Translations under genes and position numbers: made by a program
Shown: positions 50,520-58,882 of the stretch, piece after piece
Position numbering within the stretch: position 1 is the stretch's first letter
Layout: each line of letters opens with the position of its first letter
DNA from: a bacterium
GTDB lineage: Bacteria; Electryoneota; Electryoneia; Electryoneales; Electryoneaceae
Assembly: GCA_963675295.2 (NCBI GenBank)
Contig: CAXXKJ010000002.1
Coordinates: forward strand, 320,001-384,000
Direction: 5' to 3'
Length of the DNA stretch: 64,000 bases
Notes under the pieces: generated by a model
What the model saw: only the letters and a program-made list of their open reading frames with translations
Told to the model about the DNA's origin: nothing
The model's database searches: none

Positions 50520-53500
50520 ATGAAACGACCTGTGCTGGCACTGCTTTGTGTAACGCTCTTGCTGGTCGCGGGCATTGGGATGTCGCATGCCGCCAAGCCC
50601 ATGTCCATCGCAATTCCGCATCAGGCAGAGTTGCAACCCACCTTTGAAGCGGTGGATTCCACACCGGGACGCACCGCCTTGCGGTGGTCCGGGACGGAAT
50701 TGAACATTGTGGCGGATGAAGACGGCAACCTGCAGTACCTGGTGCCGGGATCGCGTGCGGTTTCGACGGAAGACACATACCCGGTGCATGGCGGCTTGGT
50801 GGCATTGCCGTGGGGCGTCGAGGGTCAGCTTCGTGTTCGCGCTGGCACCTTCTACCGTCTTGACGATCAGGGCAATCTCGTCGAAGATGCGACGATGCAC
50901 ACCGCCGGTGTCTACGAAGAGGATTTTGTCGAGATCGGCAGCGCGGCGGTGTTCCGTGACCTGATGGTTGCGCCGGTTACCGTGCATCCTGTCCTCGAGG
51001 GTGTGGATGGATCCATCTGGGTAGCGTCGAACCTTGAGTTTGATGTTGTCCCCGGCGAGGTCATTACGGATGCTCCGGCGCGCCGTGACCGTCCGATGTC
51101 GCGTGCGTTCGCTCCGGTGTACGAAGACTTGCTGCTGAACGACATCGACGAGATGGGCGTGGAGTTGGCGGAAACCCGCGGATCGTACCTCATCATCTCC
51201 GCAGAGGTGTACCTGGCGCCATTTTACACCAACGGATTCATCGAGTGGAAGGAAGCCAAGGGCTACAACGTCGTGGTGGAATCCTTCGACCACACCCAGG
51301 GTCCGATCAGCCTCAGCGAACTCAGCGACATCATCGAAAATGCGTACGACACGCTCGATCCGCCGCTGGAATATGTGTTGCTCGTGGGTGACGAAAACCG
51401 TGGTGGCGACGCGGCGATTCCCGCGAACCGTATCAGCCACCCGAATCCGAACTATCCGACCGAGAACGACGTAACCGACTGGCCGTTGACCTTTATCGAT
51501 GGTAACGACTATCTGCCGGAGGTGTTCATTGGCCGGTTCACGGTCGGTGATGTTCAGGGTGTCGTTGGATTGACCGGCCGTTCGGTGAATTACGAAAAGA
51601 ACGGGTACGACATTCCGATCGACGATCCGTACTGGCGCAGCGCGGCACTCGTCGCGGCCAACTACAACGAGGGTGGCGGCACGCCGTTGACCCCGATCGC
51701 GATTACCGATTGGCTGTCCGAGCACATGCTGGAAGATTGGGGCTTCCTCAACACGTACAAGCTTTACTACGAAGCCGGTGGCAACAATTCCAGCGCGGAT
51801 GATATTTCCACCGCGATCAGAAGTGGTGTTTCCTGGGTGACCTATCGTGGCTGGGGTGACGCTCTCGGCTGGGTGCACCCGGAATACCGGGTTGCGGACG
51901 TGGAAGGGTTGGAAAACTACTTCAAGCTGCCGGTTCTGACCTCGTTTGTCTGCAACACCGGTGACTTCGGCAATGGTGCGAACGCCAATCGTTGCTTCTC
52001 TGAGGTCTGGATCAACGCGGGTTCCGCGAATGAACCGACCGGTGCGGTTGCTGCCGTGGCCCCGTCCGACCTGCACACGTACACCCGATACAACAACGCG
52101 ATGATCGCCGGATTCTTCTGGGGTGCGTACGAAGAAAATCTGCACAGCCTGTCGCAGATGGTGCTGCGCGCGAAGAACGAGATTTACCTCGGCTTCCCGA
52201 ACAACCGCGGCTATGGCGATTACGTGGAATTCTACTTCCATGTCTACCACATCCTCGGCGACCCGGAACTCGATGTCTGGAAGCATCGTCCGCGCGAATT
52301 TGACGTCACCATGCCGACCGAAGTCGCACTCGGCCAGGGTCACGTGGACTTCGTTGTGGACGGCCCGTGGGGACCGCGTGGAAACGCGCATGTGCAGCTG
52401 AAGCAGGGTAACAATCTGTCGGTCGGCCGCTTCACGAACTCCAGCGGGATGTTGTCGTTGCCGATCACGGATGCGGAGGCTGGTGAAATCGAAGTAACCA
52501 TCACCGCGCCAAACTACATCCCGTACGAAACGACGATCGCTGTCACCCAGGAAGCCAATTCTGTCGGTTTGCAGGAATGGTCGGTGGACGCTGGTGCGGA
52601 CGGGCTTGTCACCCGCCGCGAGGATATCGACCTGACCGTGACGCTTTGGAACGGCGGCACACAGTCCGCGTCGAACGTTTCCGCGACACTGTCCTTCCCG
52701 GATGACGAACTGGTGACGATCATGGACGGCGAGTCGTCCTTCGGCACCATCGCGGCGGGCGGCACGGCGGATAACGCCGGCGATCCGTTCAGCTTCCGGC
52801 TCGAGGACTACGTCTACGAGAACATGTTGCTCGAGTTCAACGTAGAGATCACCAGCGGTTCTGACACCTGGCAGGGCAAGTTGTGGGTTGAAACCGGCCA
52901 CGAAGTGCTGCGTTACGTCGGCTATGAAAATGTCGGCGGCAACGCCTTCGAGCCAGGCGAAACAGCTTCCCTGCGGTTCAAGTTCGCCAACCATGGCTCA
53001 GTCGCGGCGCAGGACATTGATGCGACCCTGTCGTCCTTCGACGCCAGCATCACAGACATCAGCGGCAGCGCGAACGGCCTGAACTTTGGCGTTGGCGATG
53101 AAGTCTGGATCGGCCCGTTCGACGTCACCGTGACGGATGACACCTGGCGTGGACGTCCGGTCAGCTTGCGCATGTCCTTCGTGAACGGCGCGGATTCGTA
53201 CGGCACCGTGTACTTCACCGTCCCGCTGGAAGGCGCGCAGACCACCGATCCGTTCGGTCCGGACGGCTACGGCTACTATGCGTACGACAACACCGACACC
53301 AGCTGGCCGCACGCGCCGACCTACACCTGGTTCAACCTTGACGAAGACCCGCAGGTCACCGAACACTTCGAGATGATCGATGATGACATCGATTACATCA
53401 ACCTGCCGTTCGACGTCCAGTACTACGGCGAGGTCTACCCGGCGGGCAGCACGTTGACGATCAGTTCGAACGGCTGGGTGTCCTTCTTCGAGGAGAAGCA

Positions 53501-54260
53501 GTACACGGTCAACTTCTTCCGTAACTGGCAGCTTCCGACACCGATCGGTCCGCACGCCATGATCGCGCCATTCTGGGACGATATTGGTCCGTTCCAGGTC
53601 AACACGATGAACGTGTACTACAAGTTCGATGACGATAACGACCGTATAATCATCGAATGGACCGACGCGGCCAACCGTCGCTTCCCGAACGATGAATTCC
53701 CGGCACACTTCGCGCTGGTGATCTACAGTCCGGATGCGATGCAGACGCAGACCGGCGACAGCGTCATTGAGGTGTACTACGAAGATGTCGAGAACATTGA
53801 TGATCTGAGTAACTTCTGCACCGTCGGCCTGATGAAGCCGGACCGTACAACCGCCTTGCAGTACACCTACGCATCGTTGTATCCGGCCGCTGCGGCACCG
53901 CTCGAAGCTGGCCGCGCGATCCGTTTCACCACCATGCCGCCGGACAACCTGAGCGAGCTGGGTGATGCGACGGGGGACGCTTCGATGCCGGACGATTTCG
54001 TCCTGTATCCGGTGCAGCCGAACCCGTTCAACTCCAGCACGGTCATCAGTTTTGACTTGCCGGAAAGCGGCGAAGTACAGCTCAGCATCTACAACCTGCT
54101 CGGCCAGGAACTGGTGCGGTTGGTTGACCGTCCGATGACCGCCGGCCACAAGGAAGTGGTGTGGCAGGTGAATGACCGCAGCATCTCGTCCGGCATGCTC
54201 CTGATTCGCCTCAATGCGAACAATCACGAGCAGTGGGGCAAGATGATGTACCTGAAGTAG
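50520..54260 (+). CDS. C25 (gingipain-family) peptidase-like secreted protein with C-terminal sorting domain
   Basis: YVLLVGD, PEVFIGRF, TYRGWG, FVCNTGDF and YHILGDP motifs; QPNPFN...KMMYLK tail; GGAGGAG RBS. Confidence 0.88.
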   Translation: MKRPVLALLCVTLLLVAGIGMSHAAKPMSIAIPHQAELQPTFEAVDSTPGRTALRWSGTELNIVADEDGNLQYLVPGSRAVSTEDTYPVHGGLVALPWGVEGQLRVRAGTFYRLDDQGNLVEDATMHTAGVYEEDFVEIGSAAVFRDLMVAPVTVHPVLEGVDGSIWVASNLEFDVVPGEVITDAPARRDRPMSRAFAPVYEDLLLNDIDEMGVELAETRGSYLIISAEVYLAPFYTNGFIEWKEAKGYNVVVESFDHTQGPISLSELSDIIENAYDTLDPPLEYVLLVGDENRGGDAAIPANRISHPNPNYPTENDVTDWPLTFIDGNDYLPEVFIGRFTVGDVQGVVGLTGRSVNYEKNGYDIPIDDPYWRSAALVAANYNEGGGTPLTPIAITDWLSEHMLEDWGFLNTYKLYYEAGGNNSSADDISTAIRSGVSWVTYRGWGDALGWVHPEYRVADVEGLENYFKLPVLTSFVCNTGDFGNGANANRCFSEVWINAGSANEPTGAVAAVAPSDLHTYTRYNNAMIAGFFWGAYEENLHSLSQMVLRAKNEIYLGFPNNRGYGDYVEFYFHVYHILGDPELDVWKHRPREFDVTMPTEVALGQGHVDFVVDGPWGPRGNAHVQLKQGNNLSVGRFTNSSGMLSLPITDAEAGEIEVTITAPNYIPYETTIAVTQEANSVGLQEWSVDAGADGLVTRREDIDLTVTLWNGGTQSASNVSATLSFPDDELVTIMDGESSFGTIAAGGTADNAGDPFSFRLEDYVYENMLLEFNVEITSGSDTWQGKLWVETGHEVLRYVGYENVGGNAFEPGETASLRFKFANHGSVAAQDIDATLSSFDASITDISGSANGLNFGVGDEVWIGPFDVTVTDDTWRGRPVSLRMSFVNGADSYGTVYFTVPLEGAQTTDPFGPDGYGYYAYDNTDTSWPHAPTYTWFNLDEDPQVTEHFEMIDDDIDYINLPFDVQYYGEVYPAGSTLTISSNGWVSFFEEKQYTVNFFRNWQLPTPIGPHAMIAPFWDDIGPFQVNTMNVYYKFDDDNDRIIIEWTDAANRRFPNDEFPAHFALVIYSPDAMQTQTGDSVIEVYYEDVENIDDLSNFCTVGLMKPDRTTALQYTYASLYPAAAAPLEAGRAIRFTTMPPDNLSELGDATGDASMPDDFVLYPVQPNPFNSSTVISFDLPESGEVQLSIYNLLGQELVRLVDRPMTAGHKEVVWQVNDRSISSGMLLIRLNANNHEQWGKMMYLK

Positions 54261-54344
54261 GTAGACGACGTACTCGGACGTGCTACGTTAAGTAGACGGA
54301 TGAGTACGATAGAGGTAGATGGTGGTTTACTCCATTTCAAACCC

Positions 54345-54376
54345 AGGCCCTGCCAGCAATTGGCAGGGTCTTTTTT
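54345..54376 (+). terminator. Intrinsic terminator
   Basis: aggccctgcca-gcaat-tggcagggtc-tttttt. Confidence 0.8.
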
Positions 54377-54434
54377 GCCGGGGCATATTGTATGTCCCGC
54401 ATCCTCTTAATCTTGTATCGCCTTTTCTTGGACA

Positions 54435-54702
54435 TGCCCCAGACATTTATATCTGGGCTCATCCGCACCTGAATGAATTGTGCCCCTGATGGCTCCGCCA
54501 GCAGGGCTCCCACCCTCGAATCATCAGCGTCCGCAGGTTTTTTGACACGGGCACGTCCTTCAGTCTACATGCCCACGGCATTCACATCGTGGCTTGACCG
54601 TCCGCACCCAACCCGGTTGATCCACATGCCCTCGGGCTTCAGCCCGGGATTCACAGACAGTCAAGTCACCACCGCAGCCACGCCCTCGGACTTCAGTCCG
54701 GG
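54435..54702 (+). repeat. Mosaic cluster of TGCCC hairpins; the two halves are duplicated at 58678 and 56795
   Basis: Units at 54435, 54481, 54541 (reverse part-copy), 54570, 54627 and 54682. Confidence 0.88.
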
Positions 54703-54823
54703 GCCAACCGCGATACGAACCATCCAACCCGAGAGACGAGACACCAGAGACGTGAGACGAAAAAGGGACCGCCACGTAAGAGTGACCGTCCCTGATACAC
54801 CAATCTTCCCGCAGCCCGTTCAA

Positions 54824-56617
54824 TCACCCCCCGTGCCCGCGTCCGGACGCTTCCGCGAAGGTTAGCCGCGTCTCGAATTCGTCGTTTCCACGCCGGTAGC
54901 GGATGGTCACTTCGTCGCCGGGTTCATACTTCCCCATGGCGTAGGTGAGGTCGTAGATGTTGTCGATCAGGATGTCGTCAATCGCGATCACGATGTCCAT
55001 CGCCTGCAACCCGGCGTCATCAGCCGGAGTCCCGGGACGCACCCCCTGCAACCGGAACCCGCTCAAACTGTCCGGCTGGGTGAAATCGGGGATGGTGCCC
55101 ATTGACACCCGCCGTTTCGTATGCCGTCCTTCCGCGTTGGGCTCTTCCGCCGCCTGGTACACCAGCTCGTCACGGCTGCCGGCGAACGTTTCCGCCAACG
55201 ACACCGAGTACTGCAGCACTCGCACCAGCCCATCCCCGTTGAGCTTGTCCACATCATCGTCCGGAGTGTGATAATCGCCGTGCAATGAGGTCAGGAAGTG
55301 CAGCACCGGCAGGCCGTGCGTGTAGAACGAGGTCTGGTCGGACGCGCCATATCCGCCGCCGGTCAACGCCAGCTCGACCGGAACATCCCGTCCTGCTTCG
55401 GTTGCCAGCTCACGCAGCCCATCCGCGCTTTCGACGCCGTAAACCGTCAGCGTGTTGTTCTGCATCCGTCCGACCATGTCGAAATTCACCATCAGGTTAG
55501 CCATGGCCAGCGACAACGGAGGGTTGTTCACGAAATAGCTGGAACCGACCAGCCCAGCTTCCTCGCCGGTGAACGCGACAAACAGAACCGTCGGTCCCGG
55601 TGGATCCAATGCCAGCACCCGCGCCAGCTCGAGCAACACCGACACTCCGGACGCGTTGTCATCAGCACCATTGTGGATCTCGTGCACACCGGGCACCCGC
55701 GTCCCACTCTGACCGTAGCCGAGGTGGTCGTAATGGGCACCGAAGATCAGCACACGATCATCCCCGGGAATCATTGCGCCCACGTTGCGCACCGGGATTT
55801 CGTTCCGCTGCAGCTCGACCGCGAGGGTCAACGTGTCATCGCCCAGCGTCTGGCTGCGCGGCGCCTGGTTCAGCTCCATCGACCGGAACAACTTGTCCAG
55901 TCCGAGCCGGGGAAACAGCTTTGCGGCGGCGGCTCGAGTGACAAACGCCACCGGAATCCCCGAGTCACGGTACGGTTCCTTCGCTCGCAATTCCGGCAAC
56001 GAGTCCGCCTCAGCGGGGGAGGGGATGATCAGCAGGCCCGCCGCACCGTGCATTTTGGCGTTGATTGCTTTTGTCCGCAACGTGGCGTGGTCGGTATCGT
56101 AGTCACCGGAAAACAAGGCGTCTGGATCGTCACGCCGGGGCTCGCCGGTGAACACGATCACGATTTTGTCCGTCGCGTCAAGGTCGCCGTAGTCGTCGTA
56201 CTCGTACTCGTCGGCGGTGATCCCATAGCCGGCAAAAACAACAGGTTTAACCGCAACCGCAGTTGTCGAGAAGCCGGCGGGACGGAACGAATCGCCGCTT
56301 ACGAGCGAATCGTTGGCGTTGGCGATGTACGTGTTCGGCAGGATGGTCGCGCCCCAGCCGACGGTAAAGGTCTGGCTGAAGGAGTCGTCGAATAACGGCT
56401 CCAGCCCGTCCTCGGCGAACCGATTCTCGATGTAGGCGGCGGACGCCTCCAGTCCGTCAGTACCGATCCCACGTCCCTCGCGGGCGTCGCTGGCGAGGTA
56501 GGCGATGTGCATCAGCAGCCGCGCCTCTTCGTCCCACGGCAGGTCTGGCGCGGCGTGCACGGGCAATGATGTGAGCAGCAGAATGGTGATAAGCAATGCA
56601 CTGTAGAAACGCATCAT
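54824..56617 (-). CDS. M28 family aminopeptidase with PA and PDZ domains
   Basis: LASD..EGR, VFAGYGI, GAHYDHLG, GADDNASG, FTGEE, NFDMVGR, SDQ and YHTPDD motifs; C-terminal PDZ. Confidence 0.93.
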   Translation of the reverse strand: MMRFYSALLITILLLTSLPVHAAPDLPWDEEARLLMHIAYLASDAREGRGIGTDGLEASAAYIENRFAEDGLEPLFDDSFSQTFTVGWGATILPNTYIANANDSLVSGDSFRPAGFSTTAVAVKPVVFAGYGITADEYEYDDYGDLDATDKIVIVFTGEPRRDDPDALFSGDYDTDHATLRTKAINAKMHGAAGLLIIPSPAEADSLPELRAKEPYRDSGIPVAFVTRAAAAKLFPRLGLDKLFRSMELNQAPRSQTLGDDTLTLAVELQRNEIPVRNVGAMIPGDDRVLIFGAHYDHLGYGQSGTRVPGVHEIHNGADDNASGVSVLLELARVLALDPPGPTVLFVAFTGEEAGLVGSSYFVNNPPLSLAMANLMVNFDMVGRMQNNTLTVYGVESADGLRELATEAGRDVPVELALTGGGYGASDQTSFYTHGLPVLHFLTSLHGDYHTPDDDVDKLNGDGLVRVLQYSVSLAETFAGSRDELVYQAAEEPNAEGRHTKRRVSMGTIPDFTQPDSLSGFRLQGVRPGTPADDAGLQAMDIVIAIDDILIDNIYDLTYAMGKYEPGDEVTIRYRRGNDEFETRLTFAEASGRGHGG

Positions 56618-56794
56618 CGTTTGGTATCCTGATGGTTGAACACGGATTGGGCTGCAACTTCGACGGGCAGCCGGACGTTGTGAACCGGTGATGAATATAC
56701 CGCAAGCAGGCGGGCGAGTGTCATGCGATTGTAAGGCGGGGTTGCATCTCCTGAACAATCCTGTTTCCTGTCGTTCCGTCATGCCAACGAGACT

Positions 56795-56870
56795 TGCCCT
56801 CGGGCTTCAGCCCGGGATTCACCGGCGCTCAAGTCCCCACCGTACCCAGGCCCTCGGACTTCAGTCCGGG
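56795..56870 (+). repeat. 76-bp two-hairpin unit, direct repeat of 54627-54702
   Basis: tgccctcgggcttcagcccgggattcac...tcaagtc.ccaccg...gccctcggacttcagtccggg. Confidence 0.9.
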
Positions 56871-56934
56871 CTCGGCGTTCATCCTGAGTGCAGTGAAAAT
56901 CGCTCTATTTCTGATGACAGGTGTGAAGTACGTT

Positions 56935-56976
56935 GCTCACAGCTCACAGCTCACAGCTCACAGCTCACCACTCAAA
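56935..56976. repeat. Heptamer tandem repeat (GCTCACA x4 plus 2 degenerate copies)
   Basis: Read directly from the sequence; abuts the stop codon of 56972..57790. Confidence 0.85.
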
Positions 56977-57790
56977 ACTGCCGTTTCCCCGGTTTCTGCG
57001 CCAACAGGAACCGCGCTGCCGCGGTGCCGTGCCACCCTTCCGATTTGTCCGGAAACAGGCCGGGGCTATCCGACCACAGCGACCACACCTGTTCGTACCG
57101 CGCGTCCCCGAGTTTCACCCGCAACGCCTGGATATGCGGCAAAACTTCCAGCGCCGCACGGAACTCCTGCAACGCCGAGAACGACCATTTCGCATACAGC
57201 AGCCGGCTGGTCAGGCGGGACGCATTCCCCATCAGCCACGGCAACGCGTCCTGCTCCCAGTTCGGTTTCACCCGTCCGGAGAGCACGTCACTGACCGCCC
57301 AGAACAGGGATGCCAACGGACCCTGCCCGGTCGGAACCGGTGGGAAGTAGAGACACGCCAGCCACCCGCCCGGCTTCAATGTCCGCCACAATGCCCGGAT
57401 CGTGGCAAATGGATCATCCACCAGGTGCAGCATGAACACGTTGAAACTGAGATCGATGTTGCTTACGGCCGGTTGTTGTGCATCTTCGATCAGGAAACGC
57501 GGCGGTTGGTCGAGCGTGGCGAGGGTGTCGTGAATGGTGGCGCTGGTAGCAGGCGTGATGTCACTTGTGACGAACGAGGATCCGGGGTAGTGGTTGCGCA
57601 GGTCTTCCAGTTCCAATCCGCTGCCGACCCCGGGGATGTGCAGCCAGATGTCCGCGCGAGCGAGCAGCGGCATCCGCTCCAGCGCTTGGGTCAGAAAGGG
57701 ACGGTTGAGTCCGGCCCACGCTTTGTCATAGGCCGCCCAGTCAACGGAACTTCGCCAGGTGGGGGGCGAGGTGGATGCTTCCCGGGCCAT
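56972..57790 (-). CDS. Class I SAM-dependent methyltransferase-like protein
   Basis: PGVGSG, SD, EDAQ, FMLHLVDDP and LKPGGWL motifs. Confidence 0.7.
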   Translation of the reverse strand: MAREASTSPPTWRSSVDWAAYDKAWAGLNRPFLTQALERMPLLARADIWLHIPGVGSGLELEDLRNHYPGSSFVTSDITPATSATIHDTLATLDQPPRFLIEDAQQPAVSNIDLSFNVFMLHLVDDPFATIRALWRTLKPGGWLACLYFPPVPTGQGPLASLFWAVSDVLSGRVKPNWEQDALPWLMGNASRLTSRLLYAKWSFSALQEFRAALEVLPHIQALRVKLGDARYEQVWSLWSDSPGLFPDKSEGWHGTAAARFLLAQKPGKRQF

Positions 57791-57805
57791 CGAGGGTCTC
57801 TTTCG

Positions 57806-58615
57806 CTAGAATTGACGCAGGCACCACTCCGTCATCGTCCGGATCAGAAACAGTTCCGAATCCGGGTCCTCCAGATCGTCTCCGAAGGTAGTCCCGTCGG
57901 TGGGGCTATCCTCTTCGATTTCTGGGTGGAAGGACAGCAGTGAGACACGTCCGAAGCCGAGTTCGTAATACACGCCGGCGGACGCGCTCACCTGCACATA
58001 GCGAGCGATTTCGCCATAGACCGGACTGTTGATCTGGAAATCCGGTCCGCCGCGATAGAGGCTGGAAATCGAGCCAACCAGTTCCGGGTCGAAACCAGTG
58101 TTCGTAATCGAGACCAGCGCCATCGAGTAGGCTTCATCCGGCGCGAGCGCGGTAATCGGGCCGCGCGCGGTGCCCTCGTACAGGCCGATCGGCGGCGAGC
58201 CAATGCTGCCAACTCCTTCGTAGACCAGCGAATCGGCGGCGAGGTAGGCACCGTTGCCGAGTCCGATGAAGCCACCGCCGGACGAGACCAGCTGCCGGAT
58301 TTTAGCGGTGCCGGTGAAGCTGAGCGCGCTGGCCATCTCGAGCGGGTTGCCACCGCCGATGATCACCACTGAGAACCCGTCAAGGCCGGATTGCGCGTCC
58401 GATTCGGTGATGAACTCGGTGTCGTAGCCAAGGGTGTCGAGCGCGGCGGCGACCGCCTGGGCGAAGTCGGGCCACGCGCCGGTGCCGTTGTAGATTGCGA
58501 TGGTGCCTTCCGGATCGACGATGCCGTCGTCGTTCTCGTCGCACGCTGTGAGCATCAATACACTCACCGCCAGCACCATCAGCAACAACAGGCTAGCCGT
58601 TTTCCGCAGCGTCAT
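57806..58615 (-). CDS. BPL-N (class I glutamine-amidotransferase-like) domain lipoprotein
   Basis: Lipobox LTAC; IAIYNG.GAW, IIGGG, GGGFIGLGNGAY, Y.GGP and G.GRV.L.SFHPE motifs. Confidence 0.75.
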   Translation of the reverse strand: MTLRKTASLLLLMVLAVSVLMLTACDENDDGIVDPEGTIAIYNGTGAWPDFAQAVAAALDTLGYDTEFITESDAQSGLDGFSVVIIGGGNPLEMASALSFTGTAKIRQLVSSGGGFIGLGNGAYLAADSLVYEGVGSIGSPPIGLYEGTARGPITALAPDEAYSMALVSITNTGFDPELVGSISSLYRGGPDFQINSPVYGEIARYVQVSASAGVYYELGFGRVSLLSFHPEIEEDSPTDGTTFGDDLEDPDSELFLIRTMTEWCLRQF

Positions 58616-58677
58616 TTTATTCACCACAGCCCACCTGTATTTGTCTGATCCAACCGTATCCTCATCGGATTGTTACG

Positions 58678-58845
58678 TGCCCCAGACATTCATGTCTGGG
58701 CTTATCCGCACCTGCCTGGAACGTGCCCCTGATGGCTCCGCCAGCAGGGTTTATCCACCCTCGGATCTCCCGCGTCCGCACGTTCTTTGACACGGGCACG
58801 GTCAACACGATGCCCGCGGGAGCTTCTGTATGCTACCGCGGTTGA
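58678..58845 (+). repeat. Mosaic TGCCC hairpin cluster; about 120 bp duplicated from 54435-54555
   Basis: tgccccagacattcatgtctgggcttatccgcacctg...tgcccctgatggctccgccagcaggg...tttgacacgggcacg. Confidence 0.88.
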
Positions 58846-58882
58846 CCAACAAGCCAACGACCTTCCCGCTGTCCGCAGTCCT

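Noticed and set aside
50355-54227. Long antisense ORFs (879 aa and 409 aa) opposite the C25 gene
   Set aside because: Shadow frames expected from codon bias in GC-rich genes; no recognisable motifs or RBS, and the + strand protein is clearly real.
54435-58845. Integron cassette array (attC-like hairpins between co-oriented genes)
   Set aside because: No integrase, no GTTRRRY/RYYYAAC core sites recognised, and the same hairpins also sit next to housekeeping genes (glyQS, pyrF, mfd).
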